NCBI GenBank assembly: GCA_002748575.1 | Contig: PDSR01000082.1 | Span: 1-41,641, forward strand | Length of the DNA: 41,641 bases | From: Gammaproteobacteria bacterium | GTDB taxonomy: Bacteria > Pseudomonadota > Gammaproteobacteria > Pseudomonadales > Ketobacteraceae | Reading direction: 5' to 3' | Shown: positions 11,017 to 20,596 of the stretch, in pieces | Position numbering within the stretch: the first letter of the stretch is position 1 | How the letters are laid out: every line of letters starts with the position of its first letter | Translations under genes and position numbers: made by a program | Notes under the pieces: model-generated | Told to the model about the DNA's origin: nothing | Seen by the model: only the letters and a program-made list of their open reading frames with translations | Databases searched by the model: none

Positions 11017-11358
11017 TTACTTGCGAAACGGGATGACTTTGGCGTGTGCCGTATCCTCAACGTGAGTGTCTAATATACCTGTTGGGGCTGCGCCTGCTGC
11101 CTCATTAAGGGCCATTCTCAGCTTGTCGAAAGAGTCGTGCATCATGCCCGAAATGCTGATGCAGGCAGCCATAGGGCTTTTGGCTTTGCGACGCTCCATA
11201 TCAATGCGAAACTGCAGGCCAAGTAGTTTCCGGCGATATTTTTCTGGCGCTTCGTGAATTAATTGCTCGCAAAGTTCAGTGCGTAAGCGTTCCAGTTCTT
11301 CGGGATTGCTTTCAGCTAATTCTTTCAGTTTGTCGAAGTTAGGTAGATTGTGCTGCAT
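11017..11358 (-). CDS. DUF3135 domain-containing protein
   Basis: It is 113 aa with FDKLKELAESNPEELERLRTELCEQLI...LLGLQFRIDMERRKAKSPMAACISISGMMHDSF, a pattern typical of DUF3135. Confidence 0.7.
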   Translation of the reverse strand: MQHNLPNFDKLKELAESNPEELERLRTELCEQLIHEAPEKYRRKLLGLQFRIDMERRKAKSPMAACISISGMMHDSFDKLRMALNEAAGAAPTGILDTHVEDTAHAKVIPFRK

Positions 11359-11788
11359 CTTCTAAACCTCATTATCATTTTAACTGCTTTACATCAGCAC
11401 CAGTGAGCCGCTTTGCGGGTCATTGGGCTAAAAGTGATAATAAAAACTTGCAAATAACAGGATCTATACTACTCCTTGCTGCTCAGTTTGGTAGGCTTGA
11501 CGAATCGAATAAAATATGAGCGCCGTTTGGTTATTAGCAGGCAGTGTTTATAACGGTTTTTGTTTTATCCGAAAAAACAATAAGTTATTGCTGCTAATCA
11601 AAGGTGACATAAATTAAGTTGTTTTTTTGTAACTGGCCGTATTGATAGTGTTTTCAGGGCAAAAAACACAATGTGTTAATTAAGCTTTTTTGGCTGCAAT
11701 AAACAGGGCAAAATATTGAGTTAAACAGTAAATAGAACGCCGCTAACTGATTCAAAACTGTTACGGTCAGCATAAAAGGCCATATGTC

Positions 11789-12376
11789 GTGTTACAAACT
11801 ATTCGCAACAAGTTGGAAGGTGAGCAGCTGGTGAGTGATGCCAGCAATCAGCCAGAGGCAGCGGTGCTGATTCCTGTTACTGATCAGAAAATCCCCAGAA
11901 TGGTGCTCACAAGGCGGGCTGCCCACTTGAATAAACATGCTGGCGAAGTGGCTTTTCCCGGAGGGAAAAAAGATCCCGAAGATGCCAGTATTATTGAAAC
12001 TGCACTGCGGGAAAGCTTTGAAGAAATTGGCTTGCAACCTGATGAGGTTGAAGTGATCGGCAGGCTGCCTCCGGCATGTTCAGTATTTGGTTTAAAGGTA
12101 ACGCCGATAGTCGGCATTATTCATCCAGATCAGAACTTTATTCCCAATGAAGAGGAACTGGATCATATTTTTACGGTGCCATTAAGTTACTTTTTGGAAA
12201 ACGAGCCTTCGCATATTCACAGGGCAAGCTACAAGGGCATGGATTTTCAGGTGCCATCGTTTAATTACAACGGCAATATTATCTGGGGGCTAACAGCTTA
12301 TTTTATTGCCGATTTTATGAATAGAATTTTTGATACCAGCATCAGCATTCAGTTACGGGCACCACAAAATTTATAA
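11789..12376 (+). CDS. nudL: CoA pyrophosphatase (NUDIX, NudL/YeaB type)
   Basis: HAGEVAFPGGKKDPEDASIIETALRESFEEIGL is the Nudix box with the CoA-pyrophosphatase-type upstream motif. The start codon is GTG. Confidence 0.8.
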   Translation: MLQTIRNKLEGEQLVSDASNQPEAAVLIPVTDQKIPRMVLTRRAAHLNKHAGEVAFPGGKKDPEDASIIETALRESFEEIGLQPDEVEVIGRLPPACSVFGLKVTPIVGIIHPDQNFIPNEEELDHIFTVPLSYFLENEPSHIHRASYKGMDFQVPSFNYNGNIIWGLTAYFIADFMNRIFDTSISIQLRAPQNL

Positions 12377-12391
12377 CAGCAGGAGAGAGAA

Positions 12392-12925
12392 ATGATTTAT
12401 AAGTTGGGAAGCCGTCAATTACAAATAGCGGGCGACGATTATTTTGTGGCCGACAATGCCACGGTTATTGGTTCTGTTATCATGCATCAAAACGCCAGTG
12501 TATGGTTTAACGCCGTACTGCGTGGAGATAACGAGCCAATAGAAATTGGTGCCAATACCAATATTCAGGATGGTACCGTTATTCACACAGATGCCGGTAT
12601 TCCATTTACTATTGGCGAATTCTGCACTGTGGGGCATCAGGCCATGCTGCATGGTTGTCAGATTGGCAATAACACCTTGATTGGTATTAATGCCGTGGTG
12701 CTAAATAATGCCAAAATCGGTAATAACTGTATTATCGGGGCGAATGCCTTAATACCCGAAGGCAAGATCATTCCTGACAATTCCCTGGTAATGGGTTCGC
12801 CTGGCAAGGTCGTTAAAGAACTAACGGATCACCACAGGCAGGCCATTACCATGAGTGCTTTGCATTATGTTGAAAACTTTAAGCGTTACCAGCAGGATTT
12901 GAAAATAGATGAGCGATTCCAGTAA
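12392..12925 (+). CDS. Gamma carbonic anhydrase family / hexapeptide-repeat protein (YrdA-like)
   Basis: Left-handed beta-helix hexapeptide repeats are present, with LRGDNEPIEIGANTNIQDGTVIH...VGHQAMLHGCQIG. Confidence 0.88.
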   Translation: MIYKLGSRQLQIAGDDYFVADNATVIGSVIMHQNASVWFNAVLRGDNEPIEIGANTNIQDGTVIHTDAGIPFTIGEFCTVGHQAMLHGCQIGNNTLIGINAVVLNNAKIGNNCIIGANALIPEGKIIPDNSLVMGSPGKVVKELTDHHRQAITMSALHYVENFKRYQQDLKIDERFQ

Positions 12926-13145
12926 GTCACTGTCCAGCAAATCATTAAGCAGTCATTCAATAGCTGCCAAGGCCAGCGATGAAGTTGTTTATTCACCGTG
13001 TATCAGTATTTGTGCTCTGGATGAAAATGACATTTGTATTGGTTGTTTTCGTTCAGCAAAAGAAATTGGTGATTGGGGCAAGGTCGATAATCATGGCAAG
13101 CGCGAGATTTTAAAAAATGTCGCGCGTCGCATGGCCGAACATTAA
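12909..13145 (+). CDS. DUF1289 domain-containing protein (YdhL-like Cys-rich protein)
   Basis: SPCISICALDENDICIGCFRSAKEIGDWG is the DUF1289 cysteine pattern. It overlaps the preceding gene by 17 nt. Confidence 0.75.
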   Translation: MSDSSKSLSSKSLSSHSIAAKASDEVVYSPCISICALDENDICIGCFRSAKEIGDWGKVDNHGKREILKNVARRMAEH

Positions 13146-13183
13146 ACGTATTCATTCAATATTTAATTACTGAGTAATAGTCC

Positions 13184-14365
13184 ATGACAAAAATAGGTAC
13201 ACCACTATCTGCTTCAGCCACTAAAGTGCTGTTGTGTGGCTCCGGGGAGCTGGGAAAAGAAGTTGTGATTGAATTGCAGCGATTAGGGGTGGAAGTCATT
13301 GCTGTGGATCGATACAAAAATGCCCCGGCCATGCAGGTAGCCCATCGCAGTCATGTTATTTCAATGCTCGACGGAAAGGCACTGCGCGACATTATTGAAA
13401 CCGAAAAGCCCGATTATATTGTTCCCGAAATCGAAGCCATTGCTACCGACACCCTGGTTGATCTGGAAAATGAAGGTTACACCGTTGTGCCAACAGCAAA
13501 AGCCGCACAATTAACCATGAACCGCGAAGGCATTCGCCGATTGGCAGCAGAAGAACTGGGGGTGAAAACTTCGCCTTATCGGTTTGCTGATAATCAAGCG
13601 GATTTTAATGCAGCGGTATCGGACATCGGCATTCCCTGCGTCGTCAAACCCATTATGAGCTCGTCTGGCAAGGGCCAAAGCACCGTATTAAGTGATGCTG
13701 ATCGGGATAAGGCATGGGCGTATGCCCAACAAGGTGGCAGAGCCGGTGCCGGGCGGGTGATTGTGGAAGGTTTTGTTGAATTTGACTACGAAATAACATT
13801 GCTGACCATCAGGCATAAAAGCGGTGTCGCTTTTTGCGAGCCTATTGGCCACCGCCAGGAAGCAGGCGATTATCGCGAATCCTGGCAACCTCAGCCGATG
13901 AGCCCCAAGGCTCTGCAGCAGGCCCGGGAAACTGCTGAAAAAGTAACCCAGGCTCTGGGCGGGCAGGGTGTATTTGGCGTGGAGCTGTTTATTAAAGGCG
14001 ATGAAGTGATCTTCAGCGAGGTTTCACCGCGGCCCCATGATACCGGCATGGTGACATTGATTTCACAGGATCTATCCGAGTTTGCATTGCATGCCAGAGC
14101 CATTCTGGGCCTGCCGATTCCGGCTATTCGCCAGTGGGGGCCTGCGGCTTCTGCGGTCATTCTGGTGGACGGTGAATCCGATAACGTCAGTTTTTCAGGA
14201 ATGGAACAGGCGTTACGCCAGCCCGATACCCAGTTGCGGTTATTTGGCAAGCCCGGTGTGCAGGGCCAGCGCAGAATGGGAGTCGCTTTGGCCCTTGCCG
14301 ATGATGTGGCCGCGGCGGTCAGTAAAGCGAAACAGGCAGCCGATTGTATTTCTGTTGAGCTTTAG
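13184..14365 (+). CDS. purT: Formate-dependent phosphoribosylglycinamide formyltransferase
   Basis: The N-terminus is [14 protein letters not shown], followed by an ATP-grasp core and [28 protein letters not shown]. Length is 393 aa. Confidence 0.95.
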   Translation: MTKIGTPLSASATKVLLCGSGELGKEVVIELQRLGVEVIAVDRYKNAPAMQVAHRSHVISMLDGKALRDIIETEKPDYIVPEIEAIATDTLVDLENEGYTVVPTAKAAQLTMNREGIRRLAAEELGVKTSPYRFADNQADFNAAVSDIGIPCVVKPIMSSSGKGQSTVLSDADRDKAWAYAQQGGRAGAGRVIVEGFVEFDYEITLLTIRHKSGVAFCEPIGHRQEAGDYRESWQPQPMSPKALQQARETAEKVTQALGGQGVFGVELFIKGDEVIFSEVSPRPHDTGMVTLISQDLSEFALHARAILGLPIPAIRQWGPAASAVILVDGESDNVSFSGMEQALRQPDTQLRLFGKPGVQGQRRMGVALALADDVAAAVSKAKQAADCISVEL

Positions 14366-14386
14366 GCGTTTAATTTCAGGTGTTCA

Positions 14387-15328
14387 ATGAGTAAACAATC
14401 AACAAAACTGGGTGTGGCATTAGGTAGTGGTTCCGCGCGGGGCTGGGCGCATATTGGTGTATTGCAGGCGTTACGGGATAACGGTATAGAAGCTGATGTG
14501 GTAACAGGCTGTTCAGTGGGCGCCATGGTGGGGGCTTCCTATGCGGCGAACAAGCTCGATGATCTTGGCCGTTGGGCAACCGAGTTAACCTGGCGTGACG
14601 TATTTGGCCTGCTGGATGTGCATCTAAGCGGCGGTGTTTTTGAAGGTCGTAAACTGTTTGAATTTATTCAGTCCCATATGGGTGATATGAACTTTGCCGA
14701 TTTGGAAAAACCGTTTGCGGCAGTGGCTACCGATATAGAAACCGGGCGCGAGATATGGCTGCGGAAAGGTTCTCTGGCAACGGCTATTCGGGCATCGGCC
14801 TCCTTGCCGGGTTTGCTCGCCCCTTATAAAACGCCCCAGGGGCGCTATCTGCTGGATGGTGGGCTGGTCAACCCGGTGCCGGTATCGCTGTGTAAAGCTT
14901 TGGGTGCGGATATTGTGATTGCAGTGAATCTGAATGCTGAAATTGTCGGCAAGCATATTCGTAACCCCAGAAAGCTTGGCCTGTGGACTGAAGAACAGGC
15001 CTCAAAAACAGATGTTGAGATGGAGCCTGATGAGCAGTCTGAATGGCTGCAAAAGCTATCGCAGGTGTTTGGTTTTGAGCTCGACGATGAAAAACAAGTA
15101 CCTGAAGCACAGGCGCCAGGGATGATCGAAGTGGTGGCCAGTGCAATCAATATTATGCAGGATCGTGTCACCAGAAGCCGTATGGCGGGAGATCCCCCTG
15201 ATCTGGTTTTGTCGCCGAAGCTGGCTCATATGGGGTTGATGGAGTTCAATCGTGCAGAAGAAGCGATTGAAATGGGTCGCAAAGTTGTTCAGGAAGCATT
15301 GCCGCAGCTGCAATCAATCACTGTGTAG
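14387..15328 (+). CDS. rssA: Patatin-like phospholipase, RssA/YchK family
   Basis: The oxyanion motif GSGSARG, the GxSxG motif GCSVGAM and the catalytic Asp motif LDGGLVNPVPV are all present. Confidence 0.88.
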   Translation: MSKQSTKLGVALGSGSARGWAHIGVLQALRDNGIEADVVTGCSVGAMVGASYAANKLDDLGRWATELTWRDVFGLLDVHLSGGVFEGRKLFEFIQSHMGDMNFADLEKPFAAVATDIETGREIWLRKGSLATAIRASASLPGLLAPYKTPQGRYLLDGGLVNPVPVSLCKALGADIVIAVNLNAEIVGKHIRNPRKLGLWTEEQASKTDVEMEPDEQSEWLQKLSQVFGFELDDEKQVPEAQAPGMIEVVASAINIMQDRVTRSRMAGDPPDLVLSPKLAHMGLMEFNRAEEAIEMGRKVVQEALPQLQSITV

Positions 15329-15339
15329 TAACGAATTTA

Positions 15340-15366
15340 TTGAAATTAATAGATGGCAACTATACT
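15340..15366 (+). promoter_or_regulatory. Candidate sigma70 promoter for the FHA gene
   Basis: The -35 is TTGAAA (15340-15345) and the -10 is TATACT (15361-15366), separated by a 15-nt spacer. It lies about 100 nt upstream of ATG 15469. Confidence 0.4.
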
Positions 15367-15468
15367 GAAAGGAATGATTGATACTAGCAGCAGCGATGGC
15401 GGTTCCGATGGTTGAGGAAATCCGTTCGCCAGCCTGTGGTTAGCAAGGGCTCAAAACCGGAGAATTAT

Positions 15469-16335
15469 ATGTTAAAGCTGGAGTTTAAAGATCGACGCCA
15501 ACCCGGAGTATGGCTGGTGGAGTCTGTCTTTACGGTTGGTTCAGATGCGGGCAACCATTTGATCCTGGATGACAGTTCAGTGAGCGAAAAGCATGCAACC
15601 ATTACCCTTGATGGCGCTCATCTTTACCTCTCCGATTTAAACAGTTTCAAAGGTACTTTCGTTAATGGTCAAAAGATAGCGGATAAGTATCAGCTTCGCC
15701 CGGGCGATGTGATTCAAGTGGGAGACGTAGAGCTGGAAATCACTGACCCCAAACTGAGAAGTGGCGGGGGGACAGGTGAAGCAAAGGTGAAATCTGACTG
15801 GACAATCACCGCATTAAGCGGCGCATTGAAAGGAAAAATTATACCGTTGCATGGAACAATGGTTCTGGGACGCTCGGAAAAGTGTGATCTGGTGATTAAC
15901 GATGAGCATATGTCGCGTCGCCATGCAGAGCTGAATCTTCGGGATGGGGTTTTACGGATAGTTGATTTGAATTCCTCTAATGGAACCCGTGTTAACAATG
16001 TAAAAATCAGCGAAAAGGTGCTCAAGCCGGGCGATAAAATCAATTTCGATCAAATTGTGTTTCTGGTGGCCGGACCACAAGGTTATGTGGAAGCCGAATT
16101 GGATGAAGATGAGGAAGATGCAACGGTGTTTCGAATGGCGCCAATGCCTAAAGCCAGGCCGCAACCGCCAGTTAACGCTCAGCCCGCACCATCACCTGCT
16201 AGGCCCTCTACAGCGTCTGTTGATAGCCAGGTTACAGCTGCAAAACCGGGTGGGGGGTTAGGATTGAAAATTACGGTAGTGGTGCTGGTAATAATAGCGG
16301 CAGCAGCAGCGGGTGCTTATTTTTATTTAAGGTAG
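15469..16335 (+). CDS. Tandem FHA-domain protein with a Pro-rich linker and a C-terminal transmembrane anchor
   Basis: GGAG lies 7 nt upstream of ATG 15469; the ORF track starts at TTG 15412. FHA1 is VGSDAGNHLIL..SEKHATI..DLNSFKGTFVNG. FHA2 is LGRSEKCDLVI..SRRHAEL..DLNSSNGTRVNN. These are followed by an acidic stretch, PQPPVNAQPAPSPARP, and the terminal helix ITVVVLVIIAAAAAGAYFYL. Confidence 0.85.
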   Translation: MLKLEFKDRRQPGVWLVESVFTVGSDAGNHLILDDSSVSEKHATITLDGAHLYLSDLNSFKGTFVNGQKIADKYQLRPGDVIQVGDVELEITDPKLRSGGGTGEAKVKSDWTITALSGALKGKIIPLHGTMVLGRSEKCDLVINDEHMSRRHAELNLRDGVLRIVDLNSSNGTRVNNVKISEKVLKPGDKINFDQIVFLVAGPQGYVEAELDEDEEDATVFRMAPMPKARPQPPVNAQPAPSPARPSTASVDSQVTAAKPGGGLGLKITVVVLVIIAAAAAGAYFYLR

Positions 16336-16359
16336 CCGTCAATAATGGCGGCTGCTGTT

Positions 16360-17616
16360 TTATTGCTGTTTGTGAATAAGCGCATTTTTAATCAAGTTAT
16401 CTTTAATCTCTACGATTTCAATACAGTAATCGTTTAACTTAATGCAAAGATGCGTTTCAGGAATAGTTTCCAGCGTTTCGGTGATTAACCCGCTTAATGT
16501 TTTCGGGCCATCGGTGGGAAGATCCCACTTCAGGGTTTTGTTAATGTCACGAATCGCAGCGGCGCCATCAATAATGTAGCTGCCATCTTCCCGAGGGTGA
16601 ATATCTTTATTGCTGGCAGCGGCGTCTGTTGTAAATTCACCAACAATTTCTTCAAGAATATCTTCAAGGGTTACGATTCCCTGCACATCGCCATACTCAT
16701 CCACCACAAACCCCAAACGCCGTTTCACTCGCTGAAAGTTGATAAGCTGCGTGTGTAAAGGTGTTCCTTCAGGCACATAGTAAGGCTCAACAGCCTGCTG
16801 CATCAAGGCGGCTTTAGTGGGTTCCGGTTCGGTCAGCAATCGAGTCACTTTACGTAAATGCAGTAACCCCACAGGGTTGTTCAGATCCGATTTGTACACC
16901 GGCATACGGGTGTGTTGCGATGATCTCAGGGTGTTAATAATGCTTTCTATATCCTGATCAAGGTCGATACCCAGCACTTCATGCTTGGGAACCATGATGT
17001 CGTCTACGCTAACGGATTCCAGGTCAAGAATGCTCAACAACATGCTTTTGTGTCGACGAGGGATAAGTGCGCCGGATTCATTAACCACGGTACGCAACTC
17101 TTCCTGACTGAGTTCATCGCTGCTGATGTCGGTTGAGCGGATGCCACCCAGTGATAATAAAAAATTGCTGATGCTGTTAATCAACCAGACAGCAGGGTAC
17201 AGCACGTAAAGCAAGGGCCTTAAAATCAGTGAGGCAGGAAACGCAATGGTGTCTGGTTTTAGAGCCGCCAGTGTTTTTGGGGTCACTTCGGCAAAAATCA
17301 GAATAATCAGTGTTAGCAAGCCGGTAGCATAGGCAATCCCGGCATCTCCCCACAAGCGAATGGCAATCACTGTGGCAATGGAGGACGCCAGAATATTAAC
17401 GAAATTGTTGCCGATCAGAATCACACCAATCAGTCGATCCGGTCGATCCAGCAAATTTTGCACACGTTTTGCCTTGCTGTTTCCCGATTGAACCATGTGT
17501 CGCAGGCGATAGCGGTTCATCGACATCATACCGGTTTCGGAACTAGAGAAAAAAGCAGAGCAGAGAATCAGTAAAAACAGTAATCCGCCGAGTACGGATA
17601 GAGGTATTTCGTCCAA
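16360..17616 (-). CDS. yfjD: CNNM/CorC-HlyC family transporter (DUF21, CBS pair and CorC_HlyC domains), YfjD/CorB-like
   Basis: The N-terminal DUF21 region contains FFSSSETGMMSMNRYRL. A CBS pair and a C-terminal transporter-associated domain follow. It is adjacent to ypjD and divergent from ffh, as in E. coli. Confidence 0.88.
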   Translation of the reverse strand: MDEIPLSVLGGLLFLLILCSAFFSSSETGMMSMNRYRLRHMVQSGNSKAKRVQNLLDRPDRLIGVILIGNNFVNILASSIATVIAIRLWGDAGIAYATGLLTLIILIFAEVTPKTLAALKPDTIAFPASLILRPLLYVLYPAVWLINSISNFLLSLGGIRSTDISSDELSQEELRTVVNESGALIPRRHKSMLLSILDLESVSVDDIMVPKHEVLGIDLDQDIESIINTLRSSQHTRMPVYKSDLNNPVGLLHLRKVTRLLTEPEPTKAALMQQAVEPYYVPEGTPLHTQLINFQRVKRRLGFVVDEYGDVQGIVTLEDILEEIVGEFTTDAAASNKDIHPREDGSYIIDGAAAIRDINKTLKWDLPTDGPKTLSGLITETLETIPETHLCIKLNDYCIEIVEIKDNLIKNALIHKQQ

Positions 17617-17620
17617 AATT

Positions 17621-18427
17621 TTACCCGCGATGAAGAATCAGTTCGAGAACCACTTTACTGCCAAAATAACCTAACAGCAGTAAACCAAAGCCGGCGAGCG
17701 TCCAGCGTACAGCAATCATGCCGCGCCAGCCCCAAAAGAAACGCCCAATAATCAAAGTGGCCAATACAACCCAGGCCAGCAGGGTTAGCCCTGTTTTGTG
17801 GGTTAAATGCTGTACAAACAGGCTATCTACAAATACAAATCCGGTAAAAATAGCGACTGTCAGTAATATAAAACCGGTAATGACCAGATCGTACAGGGTC
17901 TCTTCCATTGTTTGTAAAGGGGGAAGGGCTTTTAGAATGTCATGAATATGTCGGTGTTTAAGCTGGTAGTTTTGTATCCACAGCAAAACCGCCTGTGAAA
18001 AGGCCAGAGTCATAACGCTGTAGGCCATTAGTGAAGAAATAATGTGTGCCAGCATCCCCATGCTCAGGCCGACTCTGAGGGGGGTGGTATCGCCATAAAA
18101 AAGTGCGACTACCACGGTAAACAGGGCCAGGGGGTAGCTGGGTGCAAGTAATGGCTCAATACGCCGGATCAGGCAGCTGGCGGTGCCCAGTGCAACCACC
18201 ACCCAGGAAAACAGCGAAGCCAGAGTAATAACACCCAGTTGTATGCCTTCGGGTTTGAACAGTGTATTAAAAACCAAAGAGCCGTGGGCGAGCAAAGCCA
18301 CACATCCAAGGCTTAAAATGAGTTTTCGATTCAGATTGTGATGGCGCAGCCCGTTCACCAGCAGATAGGTGCTGCTGCTATAACCAATACAGGCAATGCC
18401 ACCTGCAAGTGCGATCATCATGTTCAT
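17621..18427 (-). CDS. ypjD: Cytochrome c assembly (CcsA-like) family inner membrane protein, YpjD-like
   Basis: This 268-aa polytopic membrane protein holds the conserved position divergent from ffh. It lies 4 nt upstream of yfjD. Confidence 0.8.
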   Translation of the reverse strand: MNMMIALAGGIACIGYSSSTYLLVNGLRHHNLNRKLILSLGCVALLAHGSLVFNTLFKPEGIQLGVITLASLFSWVVVALGTASCLIRRIEPLLAPSYPLALFTVVVALFYGDTTPLRVGLSMGMLAHIISSLMAYSVMTLAFSQAVLLWIQNYQLKHRHIHDILKALPPLQTMEETLYDLVITGFILLTVAIFTGFVFVDSLFVQHLTHKTGLTLLAWVVLATLIIGRFFWGWRGMIAVRWTLAGFGLLLLGYFGSKVVLELILHRG

Positions 18428-18681
18428 GCTTGGAGGCCGCAGTCACTGGTACTGCTGAGGTTGTTGTTGAGATTGTTGTTACTGTTACTCATTCATTAAC
18501 CATGGGTTCTGAAAACCCGCTAAGTTTCTCATACGGTTGATGAAAGTGGAATAGGTGAATCATAGACTGAATAACTCTGGATGAGAAATTTCCAGAATCT
18601 GGTTATACTTGCCTGCTTTAATGCCTTTGTTATTGATAACAGGGCCAGAAATTACGTTTTTATCTGCAGGGCAAGCTACCC

Positions 18682-20097
18682 ATGTTTGAGAATTTAACCG
18701 ATCGCCTATCCAATAGCCTTCGAAATATAACCGGCGTTGGACGCTTAACAGAAGACAATATCAAAGACGTACTCCGCGAAGTACGTATGGCGTTGCTGGA
18801 AGCGGATGTTGCGCTGCCGGTAGTGAAATCATTTGTCGAGCGCATCAAGCAGGCCGCCATTGGCCAGGATGTAATGAAGAGCCTCAGCCCCGGCCAGGCC
18901 TTCGTTAAAATCGTGAACGATGAGCTGGTCGCGGTAATGGGGGAAACCAATGAAACCCTGAATCTTGCTGCCAAGCCGCCGGTTGTAGTGTTGATGGCTG
19001 GTTTGCAGGGTGCGGGTAAAACCACTTCTGTTGCCAAGCTGTCGAAATGGCTGAAAGAGCGTGAAAAGAAATCGGTGATGGTGGCCAGTGCCGATGTTTA
19101 TCGTCCGGCGGCGATCAAGCAGTTAGAAACCCTTGCCGGTGAAGTTGATGCTGATTTTTTTCCAAGCACCGCAGAACAGGATCCGGTTGACATCGCCACA
19201 GCCGCAATCGCAGAAGCCACCAAATCCTTTAAAGACGTGGTGATCATTGATACTGCCGGTCGCCTGGCGATTGATGAAGAGATGATGGGCGAAATACGCC
19301 GCATCCACGATGCCATTAAGCCCACTGAAACCCTGTTTGTGGTGGATGCCATGACAGGCCAGGATGCCGCCAATACCGCGAAAGCCTTTAACGATGCTTT
19401 ACCGTTAACCGGTGTTGTTTTAACCAAGGCCGATGGTGATGCCCGTGGTGGTGCCGCGCTTTCGGTGCGTTCAATTACCGGCAAACCGATCAAGTTTATT
19501 GGTGTGGGCGAAAAAACTGATGCCCTGGAGCCGTTTTACCCGGATCGTATTGCTTCCCGTATTCTGGGTATGGGTGATGTGCTTTCCCTGGTGGAAGAGG
19601 CAGAGCGCAAACTGGATAAGCAAAAAGCTGATAAACTGGCTCAAAAGCTTAAAAAAGGCAGAGGCTTCGATCTGGAGGATCTGCGTGATCAGTTTCAGCA
19701 AATGAAAACTATGGGTGGTATGGCCGGTATGCTGGATAAATTGCCGGGTATGGGGCAGCTGGGCGATGCTGCCAAGAGTCAGATGAATGATAAATCCCTT
19801 GATCGCATGGAGGCGATTATAAACTCTATGACGCCCCATGAGCGGCGCTTCCCTGATGTGATTAACGGTTCACGCAAAAAGCGCATAGCAGCCGGGTCCG
19901 GTATGCAGATTCAGGACGTGAATCGCTTGCTTAAACAGCACAAGCAAATGCAAAAAATGATGAAAAAACTCACCCGAAAAGGCGGCATGAAGAATATGAT
20001 GCGCGGCATGCAAGGTATGATGGGTGGCCCCGGTGGTGGCATGGGCGGCCCAGGTGGTATGGGTGGCCCAGGCGGGATGCCGCCATTCAAGATGTAA
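18682..20097 (+). CDS. ffh: Signal recognition particle protein Ffh
   Basis: The N domain is MFENLTDRLS. The G-domain motifs are GLQGAGKTT, DTAGR and TKADGDARGGAALS. The M domain is Met-rich, with a Gly/Pro/Met tail. Confidence 0.97.
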   Translation: MFENLTDRLSNSLRNITGVGRLTEDNIKDVLREVRMALLEADVALPVVKSFVERIKQAAIGQDVMKSLSPGQAFVKIVNDELVAVMGETNETLNLAAKPPVVVLMAGLQGAGKTTSVAKLSKWLKEREKKSVMVASADVYRPAAIKQLETLAGEVDADFFPSTAEQDPVDIATAAIAEATKSFKDVVIIDTAGRLAIDEEMMGEIRRIHDAIKPTETLFVVDAMTGQDAANTAKAFNDALPLTGVVLTKADGDARGGAALSVRSITGKPIKFIGVGEKTDALEPFYPDRIASRILGMGDVLSLVEEAERKLDKQKADKLAQKLKKGRGFDLEDLRDQFQQMKTMGGMAGMLDKLPGMGQLGDAAKSQMNDKSLDRMEAIINSMTPHERRFPDVINGSRKKRIAAGSGMQIQDVNRLLKQHKQMQKMMKKLTRKGGMKNMMRGMQGMMGGPGGGMGGPGGMGGPGGMPPFKM

Positions 20098-20161
20098 CGG
20101 TTTGAAACCCAGCTATAATTTCCCGACTGTTATAATTTTCCAATTAAAGCTTTATCTTGGT

Positions 20162-20184
20162 GCCGAATTTACGTAAAATTCGGC
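20162..20184 (+). terminator. Perfect 9-bp inverted repeat downstream of ffh (a possible terminator or processing hairpin, with no U-tract)
   Basis: The sequence reads gccgaattt-acgta-aaattcggc. No T-run follows it, so its function is uncertain. Confidence 0.3.
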
Positions 20185-20301
20185 GCCTTCGTAAACTGGG
20201 TGGCGTAATTTTGCCCGGTTAACCGGTTTATTTAGTTTATTCGTTTAAAAAACAGTTTGTTACGATTAAACAATACATTCAAAATACATAGGTAAGTCAG
20301 T

Positions 20302-20553
20302 ATGGTAACAATTCGCCTTGCTCGTGGTGGTGCTAAAAAACGTCCTTTCTATCATTTAGTGGTTGCTGATTCTCGCAAATCCCGCGATGGTCGTTTTATT
20401 GAGCGTGTTGGTTTCTATAATCCTGTTGCTCGTGGTAACGAAGAAGTGCTGCGCCTGGAGCAGGAGCGTATTGATCACTGGGTTGGTCAGGGCGCTCAAG
20501 TGAGTGATCGTGTTAAGAAGCTTATAAAAGACGCTGCCAAAGCTGCTGCTTAA
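20302..20553 (+). CDS. rpsP: 30S ribosomal protein S16
   Basis: The sequence is [41 protein letters not shown]. Confidence 0.98.
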   Translation: MVTIRLARGGAKKRPFYHLVVADSRKSRDGRFIERVGFYNPVARGNEEVLRLEQERIDHWVGQGAQVSDRVKKLIKDAAKAAA

Positions 20554-20596
20554 TCAGTAGCATTATTGCACCGCTGGTTGTTGTGACAGTAAAGCT

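Noticed and set aside
11516-11617. A 33-codon hydrophobic small ORF (MSAVWLLAGSVYNGFCFIRKNNKLLLLIKGDIN) lies in the large intergenic region.
   Set aside because: It has no Shine-Dalgarno sequence upstream, its composition is AT-rich, and I cannot assess conservation. It cannot be distinguished from chance.
12915-12950. A short SKSLSS-SKSLSS duplication occurs at the N-terminus of the DUF1289 protein.
   Set aside because: It is only two imperfect copies at the nucleotide level. That makes it trivial low-complexity sequence rather than a meaningful repeat.
14387-16335. The patatin phospholipase and FHA protein could be read as a two-gene defence or effector module.
   Set aside because: The patatin protein has the housekeeping RssA/YchK architecture and size. 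The FHA gene has its own promoter after a 140-nt spacer. No sensor, cyclase or nuclease partners are present.
20020-20094. Tandem GGPGGM-type repeats (about 15-nt units) occur at the 3' end of ffh.
   Set aside because: Gly/Met-rich C-terminal tails are common in Ffh M domains. The repeats are in frame and not obviously variable. I see no basis for a special function.
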